Part shown: positions 1-9,839 of the stretch, one piece after another
Layout: every line of letters begins with the position of its first letter
How positions within the stretch are numbered: position 1 is the first letter of the stretch
Assembly (NCBI GenBank): GCA_029562975.1
Contig: JAKQTR010000051.1
Coordinates: forward strand, 330 to 64,329
Direction: 5' to 3'
Length of the DNA: 64,000 nucleotides
Source of the DNA: Acidobacteriota bacterium
GTDB lineage: Bacteria > Acidobacteriota > Vicinamibacteria > Vicinamibacterales > JAKQTR01
Translations under genes and position numbers: made by a program
The notes under the pieces: model-generated
Database searches by the model: none
What the model was told of the DNA's origin: nothing
The model's input: the letters and a program-made list of their open reading frames with translations, nothing else

Positions 1-840
1 CAAGCCGGTCAGGTTTTCCGTCAACACCGGGTTGCGTTTGTGGGGCATCGCCGACGAGCCCTTCTGGCCCTGGTCGAAGGGCTCCTCGACCTCCCCGATC
101 TCCGTCTTCTGGAGGCCGCGGATCTCGAGGGCGAACTTCTCCAGCGAGGCCGCCGTGATGGCGAGCGCCGCCATCAGCTCCGCGTGGCGGTCGCGCTGGA
201 CGACTTGCGACGACACCGGCGCCGGCTCCAGGCCCAGCTTCGCGCACACCGCCCGCTCGACGGCCGGCTCGAGGTGCGCGTAGGTGCCGACGGCGCCCGA
301 GATCTTGCCCACCGACACGGCGTCGCGCCCGCGCTCGACGCGCGCCGCGTCGCGCCCGAGCTCGGCGTACCACAGCGCCAGCTTCAGGCCGAAGGTCGTC
401 GGCTCGGCGTGCACGCCGTGCGTCCGGCCGATCATCGGCGTGTGCCGGTGCTCCTCCGCCCGCGCGCGCACCGAGGCGCGCAGGGCGTCGAGCCGCCGGA
501 GGATCAGCGCGCAGGCGTCCCGCAGCTGCACCGCGAAGGCGGTGTCCACCACGTCGGAGGACGTCAGGCCGAAGTGCAGCCAGCGCGCCTCCGGCCCGAC
601 GCGCTCGGCCACGGCCGTCGTGAACGCGACGAGGTCGTGCTTCGTGACCGCCTCGATCGCCTCCACGCGCGCCGCGTCCACCGCGCCGCGCTCCCGGATC
701 GCCCGCGCCGCCTCCGCCGGGATGATGCCCCGATCGGCCATCGCCTCGGCCGCCGCGATCTCCACCGCCAGCCACGTCCGGTAGCGCCGGTCGTCGCTCC
801 AGATCCCGCCCATCTCGGGGTGCGTGTAGCGCGCAATCAT
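1..840 (-). CDS. purB: adenylosuccinate lyase, N-terminal 280 codons (3' end runs off the window)
   Basis: Reverse-strand ATG at 840 reads MIARYTHPEMGGIWSDDRRY... and stays open to position 1. It is absent from the ORF track because no stop lies in the window. ATGA overlap with the stop of the upstream peptidase gene. Confidence 0.85.
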   Translation of the reverse strand, partial: MIARYTHPEMGGIWSDDRRYRTWLAVEIAAAEAMADRGIIPAEAARAIRERGAVDAARVEAIEAVTKHDLVAFTTAVAERVGPEARWLHFGLTSSDVVDTAFAVQLRDACALILRRLDALRASVRARAEEHRHTPMIGRTHGVHAEPTTFGLKLALWYAELGRDAARVERGRDAVSVGKISGAVGTYAHLEPAVERAVCAKLGLEPAPVSSQVVQRDRHAELMAALAITAASLEKFALEIRGLQKTEIGEVEEPFDQGQKGSSAMPHKRNPVLTENLTGL

Positions 841-2099
841 CGCGTCACCTGCAGATCCTCTTCCGTGATCGTCCAGCCGTCCACCGCGCCGACCACCGCC
901 AGCGAGAGCGGCGCCCCCGCCAGAAGCTCCTGCGCCACGCGCGCGACGTCGTCCGCCGTGACGGCGTCGATGCCCGCCAGCGTCTCGTCCAGCGTGAACG
1001 GCTCGCCGAAGTACAGCTCCTGGCGGGCGAGGTTCGCGGCGCGCTGCCAGGTGCTCTCGAGGCCCAGGATCAGCCCGCCCTTCACGTTGTCCTTCGCCCG
1101 GGCCAGATCCGAGGCGGCCACCGGCTGCGCCACCGCCGCGCGCAGCTCGTCCATGATCACCCGCACCACCTCGTCCACCTTCGTGTTCGCGCAGCCCGCG
1201 TAGATGGTGAGCAGCCCCGCGTCGCGGAACGCGCTCAGCCCGCTGCTCACCGAATACGCCAGGCCGCGCTTCTCCCGCACGTTCTGGAACAGCCGCGAGC
1301 TCATCGACCCGCCGAGCAGCGTGTTGAAGACGAGCGCGGCGTACCGGCTCGCGTGGTTCTGGGGGTACGCCCCCGCGCCCAGGCAAACGTGGCTCTGCTC
1401 GAGGTCCTTGGTCCGCACGAGCAGGACGCCATGCGCCGAGGGCGGCGCGTCCTCCGGCTCGCCGCCGCCGCGGGGCAGGCTTCCGAACGCCTCCTGCACG
1501 AGGTCCCGCAGCCGTTCGTAGTCGAAGCTCCCGGCCGCCGCCACGACGAAGTTCGACGCCGTGTGGACCCGGGAGAAGTACGCCTGGAGCGCCTCCCGCG
1601 TCAGCGCCTCCACGCTGTCGGGCGTGCCCAGGATCGACCGGCCGAGGGGGTGCCCCGCCCAGAACCGCTCGATGAACAGCTCGTGGACGAGATCGTCGGG
1701 CATGTCCTCGACCATCTTGATCTCTTCGGCGACGACGCTCTTCTCGCGCTCGATGTCGGCGGGGGCGAACTTCGGGTGCAGCACGACGTCCGACAGCACG
1801 TCCACCGCCAGCCCCAGGTGCTCGTCCAGCACCTTGATCCCGTAGTTCGCGTTCTCCTTGCCCGTCGCGGCGTCCATCTGCCCCCCGACCGAGTCCACCG
1901 CCTGCGCGATCTCCTCCGCCGTCCGGGTCGTGGTCCCCTTGAACAGCATGTGCTCGACGAAGTGCGCGATGCCGGGCGAGGCGTCGCCCTCGTGCCGCGA
2001 GCCCCTCGCCAGCCAGACGCCCAGGCTCACCGAGCGCACGTGCGGCAGCGGCTCGCTCAGGAGCCTCAGTCCGTTGTCGAGAACCTCGCGCACGATCAT
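837..2099 (-). CDS. M16 family zinc metallopeptidase (pitrilysin-like)
   Basis: Inverted zinc motif HFVEH followed by MLFKGT near the N-terminus. Start re-picked at MIVREVLDNGLRLL (ATG 2099) inside ORF 837..2264. Confidence 0.8.
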   Translation of the reverse strand: MIVREVLDNGLRLLSEPLPHVRSVSLGVWLARGSRHEGDASPGIAHFVEHMLFKGTTTRTAEEIAQAVDSVGGQMDAATGKENANYGIKVLDEHLGLAVDVLSDVVLHPKFAPADIEREKSVVAEEIKMVEDMPDDLVHELFIERFWAGHPLGRSILGTPDSVEALTREALQAYFSRVHTASNFVVAAAGSFDYERLRDLVQEAFGSLPRGGGEPEDAPPSAHGVLLVRTKDLEQSHVCLGAGAYPQNHASRYAALVFNTLLGGSMSSRLFQNVREKRGLAYSVSSGLSAFRDAGLLTIYAGCANTKVDEVVRVIMDELRAAVAQPVAASDLARAKDNVKGGLILGLESTWQRAANLARQELYFGEPFTLDETLAGIDAVTADDVARVAQELLAGAPLSLAVVGAVDGWTITEEDLQVTR

Positions 2100-2235
2100 C
2101 GGCGGGCGATCCCCTTGGGCCTGGAGTTGGCGCGTCGCCGCAAATGACTGTACATAAAGGAATTGTGGCCGAGCCAACCTCACGATGATAGCATGGGCCC
2201 GATCGCCGCAGCAACGAAAGAAACGAGCCCGCCCC

Positions 2236-3267
<1,032 letters not shown>

Positions 3268-3362
3268 GGAAGGAGTCAGGAGTCAGAATTCTGAATTCTG
3301 AAGCAGTCAAGCTGCCGAACTGTCGAGCCCCAGGCTCCCAGCCCCGAGCCCCCGGCCCCCGG
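3268..3362. repeat. composite intergenic element copy 1 (inverted): AGGAGTC/AGAATTC/TGAATTC heptamers ... CTGTCGAG ... C-rich GAGCCCC array
   Basis: It fills the whole spacer between convergent rlmN and mtaB. Its reverse complement aligns module-by-module with 4701-4812. Confidence 0.85.
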
Positions 3363-3365
3363 CGC

Positions 3366-4700
3366 TCACGCGGGACGCCCTGCGAGAACGGGCGAAACCG
3401 CCTCGATGCGCACCCTGACGCGGACGTTGCGCGGAAGGCCTGGCGGAATGCTCACCTTCAGGAAGTTGTCCGTCAGCACGGTCGCGCCATCGTCGAGCGT
3501 GAGGCCCTTCCTGACTGCGCCGAGGTTCTCCTGCGCGAAGCGGCCGGCAAGCGCGGTCCCAATCGCGCGCAGCCGTTCCGCCCGCCGGCGCACCTCCGGC
3601 GGCGCCACCTTCGGCGTCATCCCGGCGGCAACGGTGCCCGGCCTGTCGGAGTAGGGAAATACGTGCAGGTGCGTGAGGGGCAGGCCGGCGACCGCGGCGG
3701 CGCATGCGTCGGCCTCGGCCGCGGATTCGCCCGGAAACCCGGCCACGAGATCGGCGCCGATCGCGGCATCCGGCAGCGCCTTGTGGATGTAGTCGACCAG
3801 CTCGCGGCAGGCCGCGAACGTGTACGGCCGGCGCATCGCGCCGAGCACCCTGTCGTCGGCGTGCTGAAGCGGCAGGTGAAAGTGCGGCGCGAAGCGGCCC
3901 GAGGCGGCGACGAGGTCCACGATCCCGGCAGGACAGTCCATCGGCTCCAGGGAGCTGAGGCGGAACGTCAGGTCCGCGGGGGCGCGATCGAGCGCGCGCA
4001 GCAGGTCCAGCAGCGACGGCGAGCTCGGGAGATCGCGGCCGTACGCCCCGAGATGCACGCCGACAACCCACAGCTCCTTGTAGCCGGCCTCCGCGAGCCG
4101 CGCGGCATCGGCCAGCACGTCGGCGACGGGCCGGCTGCGCGAGCGCCCCCGCGTCGAGGGCACGATGCAGAAGGCGCACGCCTCGTCGCATCCCGTCTGC
4201 ACGCGCAGAGGGAAGGCGGTTCGGCCCATCACACCGGGCCCGAGGCCCGATGTGGGATCGGCGCCCGGGCCCCCGCTCTCGGCGGGAACCGGGGCGCCGG
4301 TCGGAGCGCCGGGCGGCGCGCCGAGCCCCGCGCCCGAGGGCGCGGAACCGGGCCGGCCCCTACGGCCGGCCGCGCCCAGCGCCACGCTGGCAATCCCGCC
4401 CTTCCCGTCGTTCGCCACGACCCGCACGACCCCCGGCAGGCCGGCGACAGCGCCAGGCGCTCGTGTGGCGTAGCAGCCGGTGACGAAGATGCGCGCAGCC
4501 GGATTGCGCGCCGAGATCCGACGGACGAGGTTTCGCGCGTCCCGATCCGCGGCGCCGGTCACGCTGCACGTGTTGACGACGACCACGTCGGCATCGTCAA
4601 CGCCGGCCGGCACGCCGCCGGCGGCGCGCAGGGATTCTTCGATCTCGAACGAGTCGGCCTGGTTCGCGCGGCAGCCGAAGGTGCGGAGGGCGAACTTCAC
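3366..4700 (-). CDS. mtaB: MiaB/MtaB-family tRNA methylthiotransferase with a low-complexity insert
   Basis: N-terminal RTFGCRANQADSFEIE...NTCSVTG, radical-SAM QTGCDEACAFCIVP, C-terminal TRAM-like region. GTG 4700 (VKFALRTFGC) chosen; ATG 4781 is an alternative. The ORF-track 5' extension overlaps purE and is not credible. Confidence 0.75.
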   Translation of the reverse strand: MKFALRTFGCRANQADSFEIEESLRAAGGVPAGVDDADVVVVNTCSVTGAADRDARNLVRRISARNPAARIFVTGCYATRAPGAVAGLPGVVRVVANDGKGGIASVALGAAGRRGRPGSAPSGAGLGAPPGAPTGAPVPAESGGPGADPTSGLGPGVMGRTAFPLRVQTGCDEACAFCIVPSTRGRSRSRPVADVLADAARLAEAGYKELWVVGVHLGAYGRDLPSSPSLLDLLRALDRAPADLTFRLSSLEPMDCPAGIVDLVAASGRFAPHFHLPLQHADDRVLGAMRRPYTFAACRELVDYIHKALPDAAIGADLVAGFPGESAAEADACAAAVAGLPLTHLHVFPYSDRPGTVAAGMTPKVAPPEVRRRAERLRAIGTALAGRFAQENLGAVRKGLTLDDGATVLTDNFLKVSIPPGLPRNVRVRVRIEAVSPVLAGRPA

Positions 4701-4812
4701 ACGGGACTCGGACTCGGGCTCGGGACTCGGGCTCGGGTTCGGGACTTGGGCTCGGGACTTGGGACTCGACAGCGGGACACCGTACCCCATTCTGAATTCA
4801 GAATCCTGACTT
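4701..4812. repeat. composite intergenic element copy 2: about 10 GGGACTC/GGGCTC/GGGACTT units, CTCGACAG, a 17-nt spacer, TTCTGAATTCAGAATCCTGACTTC
   Basis: It fills the mtaB-purE spacer. Read directly from the sequence. Confidence 0.9.
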
Positions 4813-5310
4813 CTACCTCCCCCCCATCCTCGCCGCCGCCTGCTCCACCTTTTCGGCAAGGCGCTGCTTGTACACGTCGAGCCGCGCCGCCAGGGCCGGG
4901 TCCGCGAGCGCCAGCATCTGCGCGGCCAGCACGCCCGCGTTCGTGGCGCCCGCCTTCCCCACCGCCACCGTCGCCACCGGCACGCCGGGCGGCATCTGCA
5001 CCGTCGACAGGAGCGCGTCGAAGCCGTGGAGCGGCGACGAGTCGATGGGCACGCCAATCACGGGCTTCGCCGTGTGCGCGGCCACCATCCCGGCCAGGTG
5101 CGCGGCGGCTCCGGCCCCGACGATGAACACGCGCACGCCGCGGCCCGGCGCCTCCTCGAGCAGGCGCTGAACGCGCGCGGGCGAGCGGTGCGCCGAGGCC
5201 ACGGTCATTTCGCACGAGACGCCCAGCTCGGCCAGCACGTCGGCGGCGCCTTTCATAATCGGCGCGTCGGAGTCGGACCCCATCAGGATCAGGACTTGGA
5301 TCGGCAGCAT
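4813..5310 (-). CDS. purE: N5-carboxyaminoimidazole ribonucleotide mutase
   Basis: Full-length PurE pattern: ILMGSDSD...ASAHR...[10 protein letters not shown]...PVIGVP. Confidence 0.9.
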   Translation of the reverse strand: MLPIQVLILMGSDSDAPIMKGAADVLAELGVSCEMTVASAHRSPARVQRLLEEAPGRGVRVFIVGAGAAAHLAGMVAAHTAKPVIGVPIDSSPLHGFDALLSTVQMPPGVPVATVAVGKAGATNAGVLAAQMLALADPALAARLDVYKQRLAEKVEQAAARMGGR

Positions 5311-5321
5311 CGCGCACCCCC

Positions 5322-5404
5322 ACTACTCGGAACTCGGGGCTCGGGGCTCGGAATTCGGGGTTCCGGGCATTCCATTCTGAGGTCTGAATCCTGGATTCTG
5401 AATC
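5322..5404. repeat. composite intergenic element copy 3 (same orientation as copy 2): CTCGGAA/CTCGGGG units, then TTCTGAGG/TCTGAATCC/TGGATTC/TGAATCC
   Basis: It fills the purE-purD spacer. Confidence 0.85.
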
Positions 5405-6679
5405 CTATCCAATCGCCCTCATGCCAATGTCGCGCCGACAGTGCATCCCCTCGAACGAGATTCTCGAGGCGGCCGCATAGGCTGCCTCACGCGCTTCGGC
5501 GAACCCGGCCCCGCCGGCCACGACCGTCAGCACCCGGCCGCCCGCCGTCACGAGCGCGCCGCCGCGATCCGCAACGCCCGCGTAGAACACCTGGGCCCCG
5601 TCCCTCAACGCGGGATCATCCAGCCCGGCGATGGCCTTGCCCGTCTCGAACGCGCCGGGGTAGCCGCCCGACGCCAGGACGACGCCGACGTAGCGATCCG
5701 GCCGGACGCGGAAGGCGCCGGGCTCGATCGCCCCGCCGGCCGCATTCCAGAGGTGCGGCAGCAGGTCCTCGTCGAGCGCCGGCAGCACGACCTGCGCCTC
5801 GGGGTCTCCGAGCCTCGCGTTGAACTCGACCACCTTCGGGCCGTCGTCCGTGATCATGAGGCCGCAATAGAGGAAGCCCCTGTACGGGCGCCCTTCGCCC
5901 CGGAGGCCGCGCAGGGCCGGCTCGACAATCGAGTCCAGGATGCGGTCCGCCATCGCTTCGGTGACGAGGGGGCTCGCGGCGAAAGCCCCCATGCCCCCCG
6001 TGTTCGGGCCGCCATCGCCGTCGAACGCTCGCTTGTGGTCTTCGGCCGAGGGAAGCACCCTGGCCCGGACGCCGTCGGTCAGCACGAAAAAAGACGCCTC
6101 GCGCCCCCGCAGGTACTCCTCGATGACGACGGCCGACCCGGCGTCGCCGAAGCGCCGGTCCACCATCATCTCGCCGACGGCGGTCTCGGCCGACGCGCGG
6201 TCGAGGGCGACGGTGACCCCCTTGCCGGCGGCGAGGCCGTCGGCCTTGACGACGACGGGATACCCGAAGCGCTCGTCGCGCAGCACGCCGAGGGCGTCGG
6301 AGAGCGCCGTGCAGGTGACCGACCTGGCGGTCGGCACGCCGCAGGCGGCCATCAGGCGCTTGGCAAACGCCTTGCTGGATTCGATCTCTGCAGCCAGCCG
6401 GGTCGGGCCGCACGCCCGGTGGCCGGCGGCGCCGAGGGAGTCGACGAGGCCGGCCGTCAAGGGCCCTTCCGGGCCGACGACGGTCAGGTCGATTCGCTCG
6501 CGCTCGACCAGGGCGACCACGTCGGCCGGCCTGCCGGCGTCGGCAGGCAGGCAGCGGAAGTCGCGGGCGATGCCGGCGTTGCCGGGGGCGCAGACGATCT
6601 CCGAGGCGCCGCGCTCGCCGCCAAGCTTCCAGCAGAGCGCGTGCTCGCGGGCCCCGCCGCCCACCACGAGAACTCGCAT
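5405..6679 (-). CDS. purD: phosphoribosylamine-glycine ligase
   Basis: MRVLVVGGGAREHAL..., an ATP-grasp core and GGPNTGGMG. Start at ATG 6679 inside ORF 5405..6691. Confidence 0.9.
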   Translation of the reverse strand: MRVLVVGGGAREHALCWKLGGERGASEIVCAPGNAGIARDFRCLPADAGRPADVVALVERERIDLTVVGPEGPLTAGLVDSLGAAGHRACGPTRLAAEIESSKAFAKRLMAACGVPTARSVTCTALSDALGVLRDERFGYPVVVKADGLAAGKGVTVALDRASAETAVGEMMVDRRFGDAGSAVVIEEYLRGREASFFVLTDGVRARVLPSAEDHKRAFDGDGGPNTGGMGAFAASPLVTEAMADRILDSIVEPALRGLRGEGRPYRGFLYCGLMITDDGPKVVEFNARLGDPEAQVVLPALDEDLLPHLWNAAGGAIEPGAFRVRPDRYVGVVLASGGYPGAFETGKAIAGLDDPALRDGAQVFYAGVADRGGALVTAGGRVLTVVAGGAGFAEAREAAYAAASRISFEGMHCRRDIGMRAIG

Positions 6680-6833
6680 GACCGGGCGCACCTCCCGGGC
6701 GCGGCCGGGGCGGCGTTTCCCGCCGCTCCCGCCGCAAGCTGTGTTAGCCTAGCATATTCGCACCACGGCTCCGGGACGCTCCCTGGCCGTGGAGACGTGC
6801 GTCGAACGGGCCACGGAGGGGGGTGTGTGACGC

Positions 6834-7031
6834 GTGGCTGAAGTCAAGGTCCAGGACGGCGAATCGATTGAGAGCGCGCTCCGCCGCTTCAAGCGGAAGG
6901 TCCAGCAGGAAGACATCATCAAGGACATCAAGAAGCACTCCTTCTATTTGAAGCCTGGCGACAAGCGCCGCGCCAAGCAGGCGCTGGCGCGGAAGCGGAG
7001 CCGGAAGAAGCTCCGCCGCGAAACCGAGTAG
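6834..7031 (+). CDS. rpsU: 30S ribosomal protein S21
   Basis: 65 aa, ...ESIESALRRFKRKVQQEDIIKDIKKHSFYLKPGDKRR...; GTG start. Confidence 0.9.
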   Translation: MAEVKVQDGESIESALRRFKRKVQQEDIIKDIKKHSFYLKPGDKRRAKQALARKRSRKKLRRETE

Positions 7032-7043
7032 GGCGAAGGGCCA

Positions 7044-7069
7044 GCACCCGGGCCGCGCGGCCCGGGTGC
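7044..7069 (+). terminator. GC-rich hairpin after rpsU (12-bp perfect stem GCACCCGGGCCG/CGGCCCGGGTGC, 2-nt centre)
   Basis: Perfect palindrome 13 nt after the rpsU stop. No U-tract follows. Confidence 0.4.
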
Positions 7070-7095
7070 GCGAATCCCGGAGGCCGGTGCACCAG

Positions 7096-7407
7096 ATGGC
7101 GTTCCAGGACCGGACTCTGACGTGCGTCGAGTGCGGCGCCTCGTTCACGTGGACGGCCGGCGAGCAGTCGTTTTACGCGGACAAGCAGTTCACCAACGAG
7201 CCCAAGCGCTGCCGGGCCTGCAAGGGCAAGCGGAATCAGCGGCGGGCGAGCGAGCCCGGCGCCGACCGCGATCGGATCGACACGCGCTCCACGTGCTCGG
7301 CGTGCGGGAGGGAGACGACCGTCCCGTTCAAGCCGACGCAGGGCCGTCCGGTGTACTGCCGCGAGTGCTACCAGCAGCGCAAGCCGCGCGGCGGTCCCGC
7401 CGCCTGA
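7096..7407 (+). CDS. double CxxC...CxxC zinc-ribbon domain protein
   Basis: CVECG...CRAC and CSACG...CREC pairs with an FTWTAGEQSFY motif. Start at MAFQDRTL (7096). Confidence 0.6.
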   Translation: MAFQDRTLTCVECGASFTWTAGEQSFYADKQFTNEPKRCRACKGKRNQRRASEPGADRDRIDTRSTCSACGRETTVPFKPTQGRPVYCRECYQQRKPRGGPAA

Positions 7408-7432
7408 GGTCCGGCGGGGCTGGCTGCAATCG

Positions 7433-7461
7433 TTGACCGTGCGTGGGACCTGCGTTAGGAT
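7433..7461 (+). promoter_or_regulatory. candidate sigma-70 promoter TTGACC-N17-TAGGAT upstream of the STAS gene
   Basis: TTGACC at 7433-7438, a 17-nt spacer, TAGGAT at 7456-7461, about 85 nt upstream of ATG 7545. Confidence 0.4.
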
Positions 7462-7544
7462 GCAGGCCCTGACTGCGGTCCATGTTCCGGGGCGCCCGGC
7501 CGCGCGGGCGGGCGGCCCGGTAGGCAGTGAGAAAGGGATCAGCG

Positions 7545-7886
7545 ATGCAGATCGAAGAACGGAAGATCGGCAACGTCATCATCCTCGACTTGAAGGGCAA
7601 GTTGACGCTGGGTGACGGCGACGAGTTGCTGCGCAGCACGGTCAGCCGGCTCGTCCAGGCCGGCTCGAAGCAGATCGTGCTGAACCTCGGCGACGTGCCG
7701 TACATCGACAGCGCGGGCCTCGGCGAGGTCGTCCGCACGTACACGACGGTCAAGAAGCAGGACGGCATGCTCAAACTCCTGAATCTGACGAAGCGGATCC
7801 AGGACCTTCTGGCCATCACCAAGCTGCTGACCGTGTTCGAGACGTTCGACAACGAGGCCGAAGCGGTCGTCAGCTTCAGCGCCTGA
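7545..7886 (+). CDS. STAS-domain anti-sigma-factor antagonist (SpoIIAA-like)
   Basis: ...LDLKGKLTLGDG...LNLGDVPYIDSAGLGEVV... is a typical STAS fold signature with the phosphorylatable DSAG serine. An AAGGGA RBS lies before ATG 7545. Confidence 0.75.
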   Translation: MQIEERKIGNVIILDLKGKLTLGDGDELLRSTVSRLVQAGSKQIVLNLGDVPYIDSAGLGEVVRTYTTVKKQDGMLKLLNLTKRIQDLLAITKLLTVFETFDNEAEAVVSFSA

Positions 7887-7906
7887 CGCCCGGGTCTTCG
7901 CGCTAC

Positions 7907-8863
7907 ATGGCGCGTCGTCCCACGCCGGAAGACCCCGCCCCTGGCGCCGCCGCTCGAGGGGGTGCGGGGCGGCGGTCTGCGCCCGCCCTCCTGTTCCTCT
8001 CGCTCCGCCCGGGCCAGTGGACGAAGAACCTCGTCGTCTTCGCCGGCCTGATCTTCGGGCGGGAGCTCTTCCGCCCCGTGTCGGTGTGGCGCGCGGTGGC
8101 CGCTTTCGCCGTGTTCTGCGCCCTCTCCGGCGCCGTGTACCTGATCAACGACGTGATGGATCGGGAGGCGGACCGCCGGCACCCGCTGAAGGCCCGCCGG
8201 CCGATCGCGTCCGGGGCGCTCGCGCCGGGCCTGGCGGCCGCGGCAGCGGCCGCGCTCGCCGCCTTCGCCCTGGCCGCCGCCTTCGCCCTCGGGGCGCCTT
8301 TCGGCTCCATCGCCCTGGGTTACGTCCTGCTTCAACTCGCCTACTCGGGGCCGCTCAAGCACATCGTGATCGTCGACGTGCTGGCGATCGCCATCGGCTT
8401 CGTGCTGCGGGCGGTGGCGGGCGTCGTGGTCGTCGGCGTGCCCATCAGCCACTGGCTGCTCGTCGTCACCATCCTGCTGGCGCTGTTCCTGTCGCTCAGC
8501 AAGCGGCGCCACGAGCTGGTGCTGCTTGCCGGCGGGGCCACCGAGCACCGGCCGATCCTCGGCGAGTACAGCCCCTACCTGCTCGACCAGATGATTTCCG
8601 TCGTGACCGCGTCCACGCTGATCGCGTACATCTTCTACTGCATCAGTCCCGAGACCGTGCAGAAGTTCGGGACCGGCCTGCTTGGGCTGACGATCCCCTT
8701 CCCGCTCTACGGCATCTTCCGCTACCTCTACCTCGTGCACCGGCGCGAGGGGGGCGGGAACCCGTCGCAGATGCTGCTGACCGACCGCCCGCTGCTGGCG
8801 TGCGTCGCGCTCTGGGCGGCGGCGGTCGTGGTGATCGTCTACCTCAGGCCCTTTGGAGCCTGA
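7907..8863 (+). CDS. UbiA-family prenyltransferase, decaprenyl-phosphate phosphoribosyltransferase-like
   Basis: YLINDVMDREADRRHPLKARRPIASG (NDxxDxxxD followed by HPxK..RPIASG) plus about 8 hydrophobic segments. Confidence 0.7.
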   Translation: MARRPTPEDPAPGAAARGGAGRRSAPALLFLSLRPGQWTKNLVVFAGLIFGRELFRPVSVWRAVAAFAVFCALSGAVYLINDVMDREADRRHPLKARRPIASGALAPGLAAAAAAALAAFALAAAFALGAPFGSIALGYVLLQLAYSGPLKHIVIVDVLAIAIGFVLRAVAGVVVVGVPISHWLLVVTILLALFLSLSKRRHELVLLAGGATEHRPILGEYSPYLLDQMISVVTASTLIAYIFYCISPETVQKFGTGLLGLTIPFPLYGIFRYLYLVHRREGGGNPSQMLLTDRPLLACVALWAAAVVVIVYLRPFGA

Positions 8864-8864
8864 C

Positions 8865-9839
8865 ATGCCACCGGAGTTCGCCATCCGTTCCGATGCGGTC
8901 GACGTCGACGAGATCATGAAGCAGATCCGCGCGCGGATCCGCGAGAAGCGCGGCGTGGACTACACCGAGGAGGAGATCCGGCAGCTGGCCGGCGTCAAGC
9001 TCGAGAAGTTCCTCGATCCGACGCGGGTGCGCTCGGACCTGGTGCAGCAGTACCGTCGGGCGCACGACCCGGCCGCAGTGCCCACGCTCGAGCCGCCGCC
9101 GGAGAACTACGCCTTCGAGGACTACCACGTCTACGGATCGGCTCGAGGCATCGGGGGGCGGCTGATCGCGGCCATCCGGAAGATGCTCAACCCGGTGCTC
9201 AAGCTGTTCATCAACCCGAACCCGATCATCCACGTCCTGCACCGCCAGAGCGCCATCAACACGCACAACGAGAGGCAGTTCGAGCGGATCGAGCGCACGC
9301 GGACGGACCTGGCGGCGCTGAATTACGAGGTGATCCACAACCTCGTCGTCGAGATGACGCGCCTGGCCGTCGAGGTGAAGAACCTCAGGATGCGCGTCGA
9401 GTCGCTGTCGGGCCGGCTGGATTTCAGCGATCGGCGCGCCAGGGCCCTCGAAGCGGTGGTGCAGTACAAGCCCGGCACGGGCCCTGCCGCCGAGGAAGCC
9501 GCCGCGGCCCCGGCCCGCGAGCCCGCCCATCAGGGCGCGCGGCGCGGGGGGCCGGCCTCGGCGCCCGGGGAGCCCGTCAAGGGCGAAGCCCAGCGGTCGC
9601 GCCGCAAGCGGAGGCGCCGCGGGCGGAACGGCCCGGGCGCCGCTGCGCCGCAGCGGGAGGCGGACGGGGACGCCGGCGAGCCGGATCAGGCCGGGACGGG
9701 CGGCCCTCGGGCCGACGCCACGGCGGGGCGCGGCCCGGATGGCGGAGGTGAGGGCGGCTCGCTGCCGTTCGACGGCGACGCGCCCCCCGGGCGCGGGCCC
9801 GAGGCCCCGCCAGGCGGCATCGAGCCGGCGGGACAGTGA
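8865..9839 (+). CDS. hypothetical protein; conserved coiled N-terminal two-thirds, Pro/Gly/Ala/Arg-rich disordered tail
   Basis: ATG 8865 lies 1 nt after the UbiA stop, and the stop overlaps the GTG of the next glycosyltransferase (GTGA). No recognisable catalytic motif. Confidence 0.5.
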   Translation: MPPEFAIRSDAVDVDEIMKQIRARIREKRGVDYTEEEIRQLAGVKLEKFLDPTRVRSDLVQQYRRAHDPAAVPTLEPPPENYAFEDYHVYGSARGIGGRLIAAIRKMLNPVLKLFINPNPIIHVLHRQSAINTHNERQFERIERTRTDLAALNYEVIHNLVVEMTRLAVEVKNLRMRVESLSGRLDFSDRRARALEAVVQYKPGTGPAAEEAAAAPAREPAHQGARRGGPASAPGEPVKGEAQRSRRKRRRRGRNGPGAAAPQREADGDAGEPDQAGTGGPRADATAGRGPDGGGEGGSLPFDGDAPPGRGPEAPPGGIEPAGQ

